From contig JAWKLB010000007.1 in assembly GCA_041392955.1 (NCBI GenBank), positions 24,567-88,566 on the forward strand: DNA of 64,000 nt, read 5' to 3'. The stretch comes from Chitinophagales bacterium (lineage in GTDB: Bacteria; Bacteroidota; Bacteroidia; Chitinophagales; BACL12). The notes beneath the pieces are model-generated. The model did not search any database, was not told where the DNA came from, and saw nothing but the letters and a program-made list of their open reading frames with translations. The number at the start of each line of letters is the position of its first letter. Within the stretch, counting starts at the first letter, position 1. Made by a program: the position numbers and the translations under genes. Below, piece by piece: positions 55,520 to 63,769 of this stretch.

Positions 55520-56515
55520 TTAAAATAAATCTTGACTGTTAAGGTTGTTATATCGTCTCTCGTATTCGTTTAACTCCTTTCTCATGTCAGAAACAACTTT
55601 GCTTAAAGTAGCGTTACTTGTTCCTGTATATGAATCAAAATTTAGTTTTGAAATAGGTTCAAGTACATTTGAGAATGATTCAACTTTTAAATCGCTATAT
55701 TCCTTAAGGGCCTTATCAACAACTTCATGAAAAACTGCAAACAAAGCTCTAAAAAATATTGAATTGGTTAGCTTAGCTTTTTCTGATTTGCTTTTTTTAA
55801 ATACTTTTTCTGCAGCTTCAAGATAATTTTTTACCCCTTTAAAGATTGTTTCATTATCCTTGTCTTGAAAGAAGCCGCTGTCAAAAAGTTCGCTGGTTGA
55901 TTGATTAAATGAAACTCTTGTTATCTTACCTACCTGGCTTTTAGCCGGCGAAAGTAAACCAGCCATTACGCTTTCTTTATTTAAGCGATCGAATAACTGT
56001 CTTTGTCTATCCTCTTTTTTAGTTTCTCTCCCTGAAAGATTTTTTATATCTAATAATAAAGTTGTCGGTACACCTTTTTGAGTAGTGTTAATGTCAATGA
56101 AAAGATTAACCTCTTGAGTCGTATTAAGTTTGTTAAAGATAATTACTGGGATTACATACCTTTTGGTTGATTTTAATAATCCATAAAGTCTATGTTGCCC
56201 ATCAAGTACCATAAAACTATTAGGGTTTGTAACAAAGGATATTTCTCCTTTACTTGGATCAATAGCAAATCTTGCATTGTCTTGGGCACTTAAAATAAGA
56301 GCAGAGGGAATAATACCTTTTAGCTCGTCCAAATAGCGAGCTATATCTTTGGCCCGAGATTCATTTAAAGTCCTCTGAAAGCCTTTCTCAGAATCTTCAT
56401 CTCGTCTCGAAACGAAGCAAACTGATTTAAGTACGTCATTTGGGAGTATTGATACATAAAAGGTTTTGTCATTTTGTGTACACTCTAAAGTTTTAAATCT
56501 TACTGTTTTGCTCAT
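55520..56515 (-). CDS. DGQHR-domain (DndB-like, ParB/Srx superfamily) protein
   Basis: FMVLDGQHRLYGL is an exact DGQHR motif. The upstream KGFQRTLNESRAKDIARYL is ParB/DndB-like, and the downstream FIDINTTQKGV fits the family. Confidence 0.8.
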   Translation of the reverse strand: MSKTVRFKTLECTQNDKTFYVSILPNDVLKSVCFVSRRDEDSEKGFQRTLNESRAKDIARYLDELKGIIPSALILSAQDNARFAIDPSKGEISFVTNPNSFMVLDGQHRLYGLLKSTKRYVIPVIIFNKLNTTQEVNLFIDINTTQKGVPTTLLLDIKNLSGRETKKEDRQRQLFDRLNKESVMAGLLSPAKSQVGKITRVSFNQSTSELFDSGFFQDKDNETIFKGVKNYLEAAEKVFKKSKSEKAKLTNSIFFRALFAVFHEVVDKALKEYSDLKVESFSNVLEPISKLNFDSYTGTSNATLSKVVSDMRKELNEYERRYNNLNSQDLF

Positions 56516-56537
56516 AATGTATGTTTGATTAAGTTAC

Positions 56538-57120
56538 GCACAACGTCAGTTCGTGCAAAAACTAAATTACAAAACAATTTTGCATTCTATTCCGGTATAT
56601 GCCCTGGGTGAGAAGATTGATTTTTTAGTTCTCAGCGGGATACTCTATAGATCGCAATAGTGTAAAAAAGACAAAAAACACCTCTTTCAGACGCTTCAGA
56701 AGCACTTTTGGGCTTAAAATGTTGATGATGCCTCGCAGGCGCCCCATGGAAGCACCTTAATACGCAAGTCTTCGCGTGTTGCGCCGGTTGTAACAAACCC
56801 CAATTTTTGCATCTTCGGTCCATCTACAAATACATCTATGATCCGCACCTGATGATCTTCCGGTATCATTTCTTCAAACGTCACCGGAAAGGCAGAGGTA
56901 TGGCTTTGATCTATGCCATGTGTTGTGCACACAAAGCATTACACCGAAGTGCTCTATCAGAATACAGTTATACAGGGGTTTTTGCACAGTCTGACGGTTT
57001 GCATATTTGCGATGGGCGGGTTCACCAGCCTAATTATTCATGTGGTTTAAAACACATTCCACTACCGTCATACAGTCTGCAAGGTGCATAATCCCGCCTA
57101 TTGCAAATGTGTCGTTAGTG
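56538..57120 (-). other. attC-like site candidate, interrupted by IS remnant copy 2
   Basis: On the minus strand CACTAAC (57120-57114) begins 11 nt after the stop codon. The arms are ATTTGCAATAGGCGGG / CCCGCCCATCGCAAAT. GTTGTGC (56544-56538) lies beyond the insertion. The site proper is ~132 nt. Confidence 0.6.
56545..56995 (-). mobile_element. Internally deleted IS remnant with terminal inverted repeats, copy 2
   Basis: It has the same TIRs as copy 1. The minus strand encodes ...SAFPVTFEEMIPEDHQVRIIDVFVDGPKMQKLGFVTTGATRE. It is a direct repeat of 53963-54379 with visibly high but imperfect identity. Confidence 0.65.
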
Positions 57121-57131
57121 CCAGTGGGCTA

Positions 57132-58031
57132 TTATTCTATAACTACCTTTTTCACATATACTTTGTTGTCTTGCTGAACAGAAATCACATACACACCCGG
57201 AGAGAAGTAACTCATATCAATTACCTCATTGCTCGAGTTGATATTCTTTATTAAAACGGACTCTCCTTGCATATTGAGAATGCTCACCGTTACATTATGT
57301 ACATTTTCAATGTTTATGTAAACATTCTGAGCAAAGGAATACACCTCTGCTTCAAGAGTATTCCCCGAAGCAGGTATACCGCTTATCAATGTCCCGGCCA
57401 GCAATCCGGTTTCAGGTTCTGCGTTATATGCATAATCTTTGATAGTCAACACATCCGCACTATCTGACACAGAACATCTGATCCAGCCGTAATGATAGTT
57501 ATGATCACTGTCTGCAAAGTACACACCCAAGTAATGATCCGAGAAATTGAACCATCCACCGTAATCTGCAATTTGCAACCAATTTCCTGTTGAAAACTGT
57601 AAACTTATAACACCTGCCATTACTTGGGTTCCAAATCCATAAAAATCCAATTCAGGATTAATTAATACAGATTGGGACAAGTAATCTGGCTGATACCAAA
57701 ATGAGCCACTCCACGAATGATATAAAAATCCGCCGGCTATTTTATTCCCCTCTGCAGACGGGCCAGCCCAAATATAATTTCTAAACCTAATTTCAGGAAA
57801 GGATGAAAAATAGGTATAATAAGTATATAGTGCACTTGATTTGAGGAACCCAAAATCATTTATGCCATCATTATCCATATCCACAAGCGCCCCTTCACCA
57901 TTACTGTCTAAAACAATATCGGGATCGATATCAGTATATATCACCTCCGCTTCTGCTTTGTTAGCTATAACTAAAACACTTGCCGCAAAAGCTGCATACT
58001 CTGCCAACCGTATTGTTATATTACTTTGCAC
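57132..58031 (-). CDS. Secreted protein with a T9SS C-terminal sorting domain
   Basis: It has a signal peptide (AAFAASVLVIANKAEA). The Por tail is VSILNMQGESVLIKNI...SPGVYVISVQQDNKVYVKKVVIE. Confidence 0.7.
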   Translation of the reverse strand: MQSNITIRLAEYAAFAASVLVIANKAEAEVIYTDIDPDIVLDSNGEGALVDMDNDGINDFGFLKSSALYTYYTYFSSFPEIRFRNYIWAGPSAEGNKIAGGFLYHSWSGSFWYQPDYLSQSVLINPELDFYGFGTQVMAGVISLQFSTGNWLQIADYGGWFNFSDHYLGVYFADSDHNYHYGWIRCSVSDSADVLTIKDYAYNAEPETGLLAGTLISGIPASGNTLEAEVYSFAQNVYINIENVHNVTVSILNMQGESVLIKNINSSNEVIDMSYFSPGVYVISVQQDNKVYVKKVVIE

Positions 58032-58102
58032 TATTCCGTTAATATACTATGTTCACTATTCGTTAAATTTAAAATTGGATTTACATTCTCTTAAACCATT
58101 GG

Positions 58103-58185
58103 TTATAACGGATGGCAATAAGAAACGTAGAGCATTTTTTCGCCCCTACCTTTCAAGTTACTAAACCTTTTATTAGATGTTATGT
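58103..58185 (-). other. attC-like recombination-site candidate
   Basis: On the minus strand it reads ACATAAC-ATCT-AATAAAAGG ... TTTCTTATT-GCCATCC-GTTATAA, 83 nt in total. It begins 33 nt after the stop of the 58219-58962 ORF. Confidence 0.6.
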
Positions 58186-58218
58186 CATTCAAATTTACCA
58201 CTTTCTGCCCTATGTTTT

Positions 58219-58962
58219 TTATTGCGTGTTGCCCGTAGTAATTTCTTCTCCATACCAGCCTTTATCATTTTCCCTTAATCCCATTTGTTCTCTGAAAAAC
58301 AACAGGAACCTATAAAGTCGATTAACTTCATCTATATTTTTATACTTTTCAAAATTATTGTATTGAAAAAATCGATATTCATATTTTGTCGAAACTTCAA
58401 TGCAAACGGTCATAAAAGTATTTCCATAATCGCGTTCTCCTTTGTTAATTTCGATGTATTCAGGTAAAAATTCTTGAGTAGGCAATGTAGTAATTCCTAA
58501 TTGTTGAATCGAGTCTATCAAAGTTGTCCAACCACATTTTGGCGATACGATTGTGTCATAATGCCGATTAATTTTTTCATACAGTCTGGTTGGATTAAAG
58601 AAATTCAGCATTTTTATGTAGTCAGCAGAAGTCTTGCCTTTAGAATCAGTTTTTAACTCCACAAGTTCAGCGTACTGATTTAAGTTCTCTGGGTATGAAT
58701 ACCAAAATCTAATCATTAAACTATCATAACCATTTTCAGGAGCAGATAGTCCAAGTTGTTCTTGTTTCTGTTTTGTAAATCTGTAATAGGCAAACAAATC
58801 TCCATTCTCGTATCGAGGAATGTCTTTTTTTATTGAATTCTCAGGAATTTTAGGTTTCTTGGATGGTATTCTGATAGGTAACAAACTATTATAACATCCT
58901 GTCAGAATTAATCCTGACAGGATTATTAAAGATATTATTCTAATTTGTTTTATTGCTGTCAT
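58219..58962 (-). CDS. Lipoprotein, function unknown
   Basis: The N-terminus LIILSGLILTGCYN is lipobox-like. The 247-aa ORF is AT-rich. Confidence 0.6.
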   Translation of the reverse strand: MTAIKQIRIISLIILSGLILTGCYNSLLPIRIPSKKPKIPENSIKKDIPRYENGDLFAYYRFTKQKQEQLGLSAPENGYDSLMIRFWYSYPENLNQYAELVELKTDSKGKTSADYIKMLNFFNPTRLYEKINRHYDTIVSPKCGWTTLIDSIQQLGITTLPTQEFLPEYIEINKGERDYGNTFMTVCIEVSTKYEYRFFQYNNFEKYKNIDEVNRLYRFLLFFREQMGLRENDKGWYGEEITTGNTQ

Positions 58963-59021
58963 CGTCTTTTTGTTATTACTGGCAACATACTTATAGCAGC
59001 CATAAAACTACCCCAATCCAC

Positions 59022-59219
59022 CCCTAACTGACACAAATCGGCGTCAAATTGTAAAAATACCATCTGCCAAGCTTATACTTTATGTATAGTAAGTTTTAGG
59101 TTCTCATCCCGAATTTACGCGCTTAAACACTTACCCGCAAATAATCCCGCCCTTCTTGTGACTGGTTCCGGGCAGATTCCCTTTGCCTGGAAATATGGAT
59201 GCTCTCCTCCGTATTTGTG
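59022..59219 (-). other. Weak attC-like candidate
   Basis: On the minus strand GCTACCTGCACAAATACGG pairs with GCCGATTTGTGTCAGTTAGGG (GTTAGGG box at 59028-59022). It is long (~198 nt) and its arms are imperfect. Confidence 0.3.
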
Positions 59220-59250
59220 CAGGTAGCAAAATATACAACACAGTGCCGGA

Positions 59251-59628
59251 TCACATATTTATCACTTCATGGCTGCTGCCCCAGATGATCAGCGATTCAA
59301 AAACAGGGCGCAGCGTTTCGCCATAAGGTGTGAGGGAATATTCCACCTTCGGCGGCACGGTGGGAAACACTTCGCGGTGTATGATCTTGTCTGCCTCCAG
59401 TTCATCGAGGCGCTGTGCGAGCACCTTTTCCGAGAGCCCGGGAATGGCCTTCATCAGCTCGCTGTTCCGCTTGTTGCCTTTGAGCAGCAGGTAGAGGATG
59501 GTGAGCTTATATTTTCCGTTCAGCCGGTGAAAGGCGTTGGTTGCGGGACAGTAGTCGGGGCTGTAGTCTATATCGTCGATCAGGTTGATCTCGAGCGATT
59601 CGCTGCCGTTGTGAAAAATAGTTTTCAT
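59251..59628 (-). CDS. HxlR-family winged-helix transcriptional regulator
   Basis: Only the last 125 aa of the 299-aa track ORF look real: CPATNAFHRLNGKYKLTILYLLLKGNKRNSELMKAIPGLSEKVLAQRLDELEADKIIHREVFPTVPPKVEYSLTPYG. The ATG is at 59628. Confidence 0.8.
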   Translation of the reverse strand: MKTIFHNGSESLEINLIDDIDYSPDYCPATNAFHRLNGKYKLTILYLLLKGNKRNSELMKAIPGLSEKVLAQRLDELEADKIIHREVFPTVPPKVEYSLTPYGETLRPVFESLIIWGSSHEVINM

Positions 59629-59781
59629 TTTTTTAAAAATATTTTTTTGCGGAAAGGGCGGACCTGTAAAAAACTTACTTTTTGGTAAGTGCCTTACCTC
59701 CCGGTTAGCTCTTGTTTTAAACAAATATACACGTATTCTTTGTGCCATTATTTCATAGCACAAACTAAAAATAAGCAAATT

Positions 59782-60198
59782 ATGTCTGACAGTAAACAGT
59801 TGACCATCGCCATTCACGAGGCGTTTTCCAACAATGCATTTGATCAAGTTCTGGCGCTCTGTCACGAAAACGTGGAAGTGCATGCACACGCCTTTGGCGC
59901 CGTTTTTACGGGCAAAGAAGGATTCATGCAATTCATGCAGAGTTTCAAAACGGGCTTTCCCGATGTGCGTATAGCGCATGAACATTTTGTGGTAGAAGGC
60001 GGCAGCGTTGCGGTGCAATTTACCGGCCGCGGAACACATACGGGGACCCTGCAAACACCGGCGGGAGATATTCCTGCAACGGGAAAAAAGGTTGAGCTCC
60101 ATGTTGCGGAATTTCTTGTATGGGAGAACGGCAAGCTGAGAAGTTTGCACAATTACCAGGACGCAGGATCCTTATTGCGGCAGATAGGCGCGATGTGA
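59782..60198 (+). CDS. SnoaL-like / NTF2-fold ester-cyclase-type protein
   Basis: The ATG at 59782 gives MSDSKQLTIAIHEAFSNNAFDQVLALCHENVEVHAH...HVAEFLVWENGKLRSLHNYQD. It is divergent from the HxlR gene, which is a common pairing. Confidence 0.7.
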   Translation: MSDSKQLTIAIHEAFSNNAFDQVLALCHENVEVHAHAFGAVFTGKEGFMQFMQSFKTGFPDVRIAHEHFVVEGGSVAVQFTGRGTHTGTLQTPAGDIPATGKKVELHVAEFLVWENGKLRSLHNYQDAGSLLRQIGAM

Positions 60199-60212
60199 TG
60201 CGCACGGAATTT

Positions 60213-60246
60213 ACCCTGCAATGCAAAGTTGCAGGGTATTTTATTT
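60213..60246 (+). terminator. Hairpin terminator after the SnoaL-like gene
   Basis: The stem ACCCTGCAA (60213-60221) / TTGCAGGGT (60229-60237) is followed by ATTTTATTT. Confidence 0.6.
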
Positions 60247-60273
60247 GGACTGTGTTTTCTTGTTGCGGGATCT

Positions 60274-60642
60274 TTATTTTATCCAACAATCAAATACCGC
60301 ATTTTCTGCAGAATGCATTCCTTTCATTTCAAAGCCCGGGAGGGAAAAAGCAAAGTTGAGCAACGCTTCTTCACCGCTGCAACCCTGCGGAATTTCGATG
60401 CGTTGTGTTTGCGTTTCCATACCCCACCATACATCGCAAAACCAGGGACCTGCATCCGTAGTGCGCACATAGAAGCGCGCAATGGTATGGAGATCTAAGG
60501 TCCTTTTATGTCCGTTCCAATCGGTGGAATACAGGATGTTATTTGTGATCCGGATCTGCCAGCTGCTTTCGGGGAAAAGCGCTCCGGCAGTTTTTGGTTT
60601 TTTAGCCGATCTGTTTTTTATCCATGCAAAGAGACCCATCAT
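60274..60642 (-). CDS. Hypothetical 122-aa cassette protein
   Basis: The start is 16 nt after a GTTATGC box. No motif was recognised. Confidence 0.5.
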   Translation of the reverse strand: MMGLFAWIKNRSAKKPKTAGALFPESSWQIRITNNILYSTDWNGHKRTLDLHTIARFYVRTTDAGPWFCDVWWGMETQTQRIEIPQGCSGEEALLNFAFSLPGFEMKGMHSAENAVFDCWIK

Positions 60643-60658
60643 CTTGATGCCGAATTGA

Positions 60659-60738
60659 GCATAACTACAACTTAAAACAGGTATTTATTTAAATCCGTTC
60701 TCGACATAGGATATTATTCTTCATGGATCGTGGTATGC
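60659..60738 (-). other. attC-like recombination-site candidate
   Basis: On the minus strand GCATACCACGA ... GTTGTAGTTATGC spans 80 nt. It begins 12 nt after the stop of the 60751-61284 ORF. Confidence 0.5.
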
Positions 60739-60750
60739 GCCGGAAACCTT

Positions 60751-61284
60751 TTAAATAGGTGTCTCTTCGGAAAAATCAAGAAGATATACTTTCTTTTTGA
60801 AGGGGGTCCGGAAGGTGATGCTTACGGTATTGCCCCGACTGTCAAATATTGGCTTGCCCGTCAGGTTCACCCGGTCGAGATGCACCAATGTTTGTGAAGC
60901 AGTATCCAGATAACAAAGCGAACGCTGAAAGGATGGCAGTTCAACGCGGATCAAAAATAATGTATCCTGAAAAAGATAAGATATTGGCTGAAAGAATAAG
61001 TCTGCCAGTTCGGGAAGAGGAGGTTCGGTGGATACTATGTTCAGGTATAGTTCATCGAAATCGACCTCGTCCAGGCCATATCTTTCCCGGATGCTATCGC
61101 ATAAGCCCTCGACGTCATGCATGGAGGTTACGGTAAGGGGCAGAGGAAGATCTTTGTAGCGGTTTTCTTTTTTTCTTCCGGCGATTTTCTTCCAGTCCAT
61201 CTGTAATAATATTTTGCCAGGACGTAATTCGTAAGAATGCAGATACAGGGCAATAAGGGGGATAGAAAGGGCGATCACTACCAA
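60751..61284 (-). CDS. Hypothetical membrane-anchored protein, N-terminus uncertain
   Basis: The TM helix is VVIALSIPLIALYL. The track start is a TTG. An ATG ORF upstream (MEQDAPLTFGEKPTDILRFLTPLVYLLAFPFW*) ends in another frame at the T-run CCCTTTTGG, so the N-terminus may be frameshifted. Confidence 0.5.
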   Translation of the reverse strand: MVVIALSIPLIALYLHSYELRPGKILLQMDWKKIAGRKKENRYKDLPLPLTVTSMHDVEGLCDSIRERYGLDEVDFDELYLNIVSTEPPLPELADLFFQPISYLFQDTLFLIRVELPSFQRSLCYLDTASQTLVHLDRVNLTGKPIFDSRGNTVSITFRTPFKKKVYLLDFSEETPI

Positions 61285-61517
61285 AAGGGAAATGCCAACA
61301 GATACACCAAGGGTGTTAAAAAGCGCAATATGTCTGTAGGCTTTTCGCCAAAAGTGAGCGGGGCATCCTGTTCCATGATACGAGGTCGTTGGAAGTAAAC
61401 GTGCAAGTAAAATTAGGGTATCGCGGGCATGGAGTTGTATTCGGATCCCCGGTGGAGATGTTCACTATTGCCCGGATGCCGTGGATAGGAGGGTCAGGAT
61501 GGGGCGGGGTTTTGGTG

Positions 61518-61644
61518 GGATAACAGTTTGTATTTATGTGCTGTCGGTTGTAATAACCTCAGCATGCACATGGAAAATCGTTGTTAAAAAAATGTATTAA
61601 TTATTTGGTTGTCCACTACCGGCGGCACAAACACTTTGTTATTT
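61518..61644 (-). other. attC-like recombination-site candidate
   Basis: On the minus strand it reads AAATAAC-AAAGTGTTTGTGCCGCCGG ... CCGACAGCACATAAATACAAACT-GTTATCC, 127 nt in total. It begins 15 nt after the stop at 61660. Confidence 0.55.
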
Positions 61645-61659
61645 GCCGTGCCATCATGC

Positions 61660-62249
61660 TTAAATTTCTAATAAATTGGCATTGTCATTTAAGTCCGAGC
61701 CTGATTTCGGATCGTAACCGTCCCACAACCCATTTGTTATACCAAACCTTGTCCTTTTTATTCCTTTACTCTCCAAAATATCATCTTTGTCAACCCAACC
61801 GTACTTTTGGTCAAATATTTCCACGAAGATTTGCGACCGGTCCGAAATGATCTTAATTTTTTTCTGTCCCTTTGACAGTTCAAACACAAAATTCCAAACA
61901 CTTTAAAATCGTAATGAGATGAATCTACACTGTAACCGTAGAGCCCGGTGAGAAATTTAAAATGGTTTTCAAAAATGATTTTTAATTCTTGTGTCATTGA
62001 CTTTAGGATATTGCAGAAAGGTTTGCAGATTTGCGATGGGGGGGGTTCGCCACAAATGTTGATTCGGAGCACAAAACTTTCGGCTACCACAAAACTGGCC
62101 GCGAAAACTTTGACCCCGCCTATAGTAAAAGTGCTGTTAAGTACAGCGCTTATCATGGTGCCGTAAAGGTTCAAAATAAAAAAGAAGTCAAACATTTTTG
62201 TCAATAACCCTTCCACAATCGCCCTATAATCTTCTATTTGAGTATCCAA
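61660..62249 (-). pseudogene. Hypothetical cassette ORF, apparently frameshifted near 61887
   Basis: Two overlapping minus-strand ORFs lie in different frames (61758-62249 and 61660-61887). The tail of the first is R/K-rich junk, while the second reads protein-like (FELSKGQKKIKIISDRSQIFVEIFDQKYGWVDKDD). Confidence 0.4.
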
Positions 62250-62496
62250 AATGTTTAAGGTCGCTCTTTGATGGATAAGGTCACACCGTAATTTGTAGTA
62301 GTGTCCAATTTTTTTTAAGAATAGGATTGCTAATCTTGATGTGAGTTTTCACTTCATTTTCTACTCTAGTCCGATTTTCTGCAATAGTTTGAATTTTGTC
62401 GCTCCAATACTCGTTTCATTTACAGGAATTCTTTGCAACGCTATTTCTAATGTGCTGTCTAAAATTAATAAAAATATTCTGTTTTTCTGAGGGAAA

Positions 62497-62604
62497 GATT
62501 AGCAGAAAATTAAATCTGCAAGCAAGAATGCTGTCAAGCAGTCCGCCAGCCCATGGCTTTTGAACAATTTTTAGCTGCATTTAGTTGGTTAATTTCTGTT
62601 GCAA
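62497..62604 (-). other. attC-like candidate with a degenerate 3' box
   Basis: On the minus strand TTGCAAC abuts the GHKL stop codon. The arms are AGAAATTAA / TTAATTTTCT. The inner pairing is AATGC...GCATT around GGCTGGCGGAC, the same core motif as the 54.5-kb site. The 3' box GCTAATC lacks the GTT. Confidence 0.4.
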
Positions 62605-63726
62605 TCATGTTTTACTGGAGGTGATGTCGGAAGATAGTTTTGGAATACTTGCAATTGTTTCCAGGGTTTCACTAATAATGTGTCCTGTATTGAATGGAAA
62701 TACTTCGTCATCCCATTTTCCCTGTAGGCCCCTAGAAATTTGAGCATACCTTTTTGTAGCATCAATTATGCTTTGTCTTATGGCTTGAAAAACCGGATGT
62801 TTTAAATTAATTCCTGATTTGCTACTATCCCAAGGCATATCGCGAGATTGCCCACGTAGTTTTACAATGGTACGAGTAAGAGAAATATTATAGTGTGGAT
62901 TGCCAATCATTCCTGACGAAAAACCAACCGAAAAATCGGTTAGGGCTCTTCCAATTAACCTATTATTACAATAAAGAAAAACTCCGTAAGAATTGTCTGG
63001 GTCACCAGGATGGTCTATTAGTCCTGAAATAATTTCAACATCTACGAATCTATCTTCAGCGGGAATTTTAGCGGAGAATTGTATTGGAAAAAGGTTGGGC
63101 GGATATGACCATTCATTTTCAAAACTTCGTGCATTTAATTTATCGGTGTTCACTATTATAGAAGTCCCTCTTTCGATAAACATTGAATATATTTCTGAAA
63201 GATGATTTTTTAATTCAATAAGAGCTGGTTCATCAAGCCTGATCCTTAGCCTGGTTAATTCAATTAAAGTTGTTGAAGGATTTAACTTGATTTTTGATTC
63301 GCTATAAGGCAACTTCCAACTTCCTCCGTCTGTAATCCAGGTGTCGTCAAATTTTATGGTAAATGATTTGTCATTTTGGTATCTTGAATGAATTGAAATG
63401 TCCTGCGCCAAGGCGACAACGGCTCTTTTACTGCCAACACCGAAATATCCAATCACATCATCTGAAATATCATTTGTCGTTTTACCCGGACTCACAATGT
63501 GGTCGAGTTTTTGTTCTTCAATCCCACCAGCGTTGTCCATAATGGAAATAGTTTGCTGCTGAATGTCTGCTTTAATTATTATTTCAAGGTCACGTTTTTT
63601 TGTCTTGGACCAAAGGTCGATGGCATTGTCAATAAGTTCGCACACTGACCTTTTTAAGTCATACTCAGAGATAATTGAAAGAAAAATTCGTTTTTCTGGT
63701 GTCGCGTCTAATACTTTGTCCGCCAT
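62605..63726 (-). CDS. GHKL-superfamily ATPase (HATPase_c_3 / MORC-like type)
   Basis: The N-box is CELIDNAIDLW, G1 is MDNAGGI and G2 is GYFGVGSKRA. The 373-aa protein has no recognisable kinase or topoisomerase partner domain. Confidence 0.8.
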   Translation of the reverse strand: MADKVLDATPEKRIFLSIISEYDLKRSVCELIDNAIDLWSKTKKRDLEIIIKADIQQQTISIMDNAGGIEEQKLDHIVSPGKTTNDISDDVIGYFGVGSKRAVVALAQDISIHSRYQNDKSFTIKFDDTWITDGGSWKLPYSESKIKLNPSTTLIELTRLRIRLDEPALIELKNHLSEIYSMFIERGTSIIVNTDKLNARSFENEWSYPPNLFPIQFSAKIPAEDRFVDVEIISGLIDHPGDPDNSYGVFLYCNNRLIGRALTDFSVGFSSGMIGNPHYNISLTRTIVKLRGQSRDMPWDSSKSGINLKHPVFQAIRQSIIDATKRYAQISRGLQGKWDDEVFPFNTGHIISETLETIASIPKLSSDITSSKT

Positions 63727-63769
63727 GTTATTAGTTTTTGATGAGTAATTGGTCCAATGTTAACGTTGC

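Noticed and set aside
53963-56995. The two IS-fragment repeats as the arms of a composite transposon carrying the DGQHR pair.
   Set aside because: Each copy has its own pair of terminal inverted repeats. Each interrupts a different attC-like site whose halves are recognisable on both sides. Both transposase genes are truncated. Independent insertions into attC-like sites fit better than a composite transposon.
59251-60150. 299-aa minus-strand ORF spanning the HxlR gene and running antisense through the SnoaL-like gene.
   Set aside because: Only the C-terminal 125 aa (from the ATG at 59628) look like a protein (HxlR wHTH). The N-terminal 170 aa are R/K/C-rich and antisense to a well-formed plus-strand gene.
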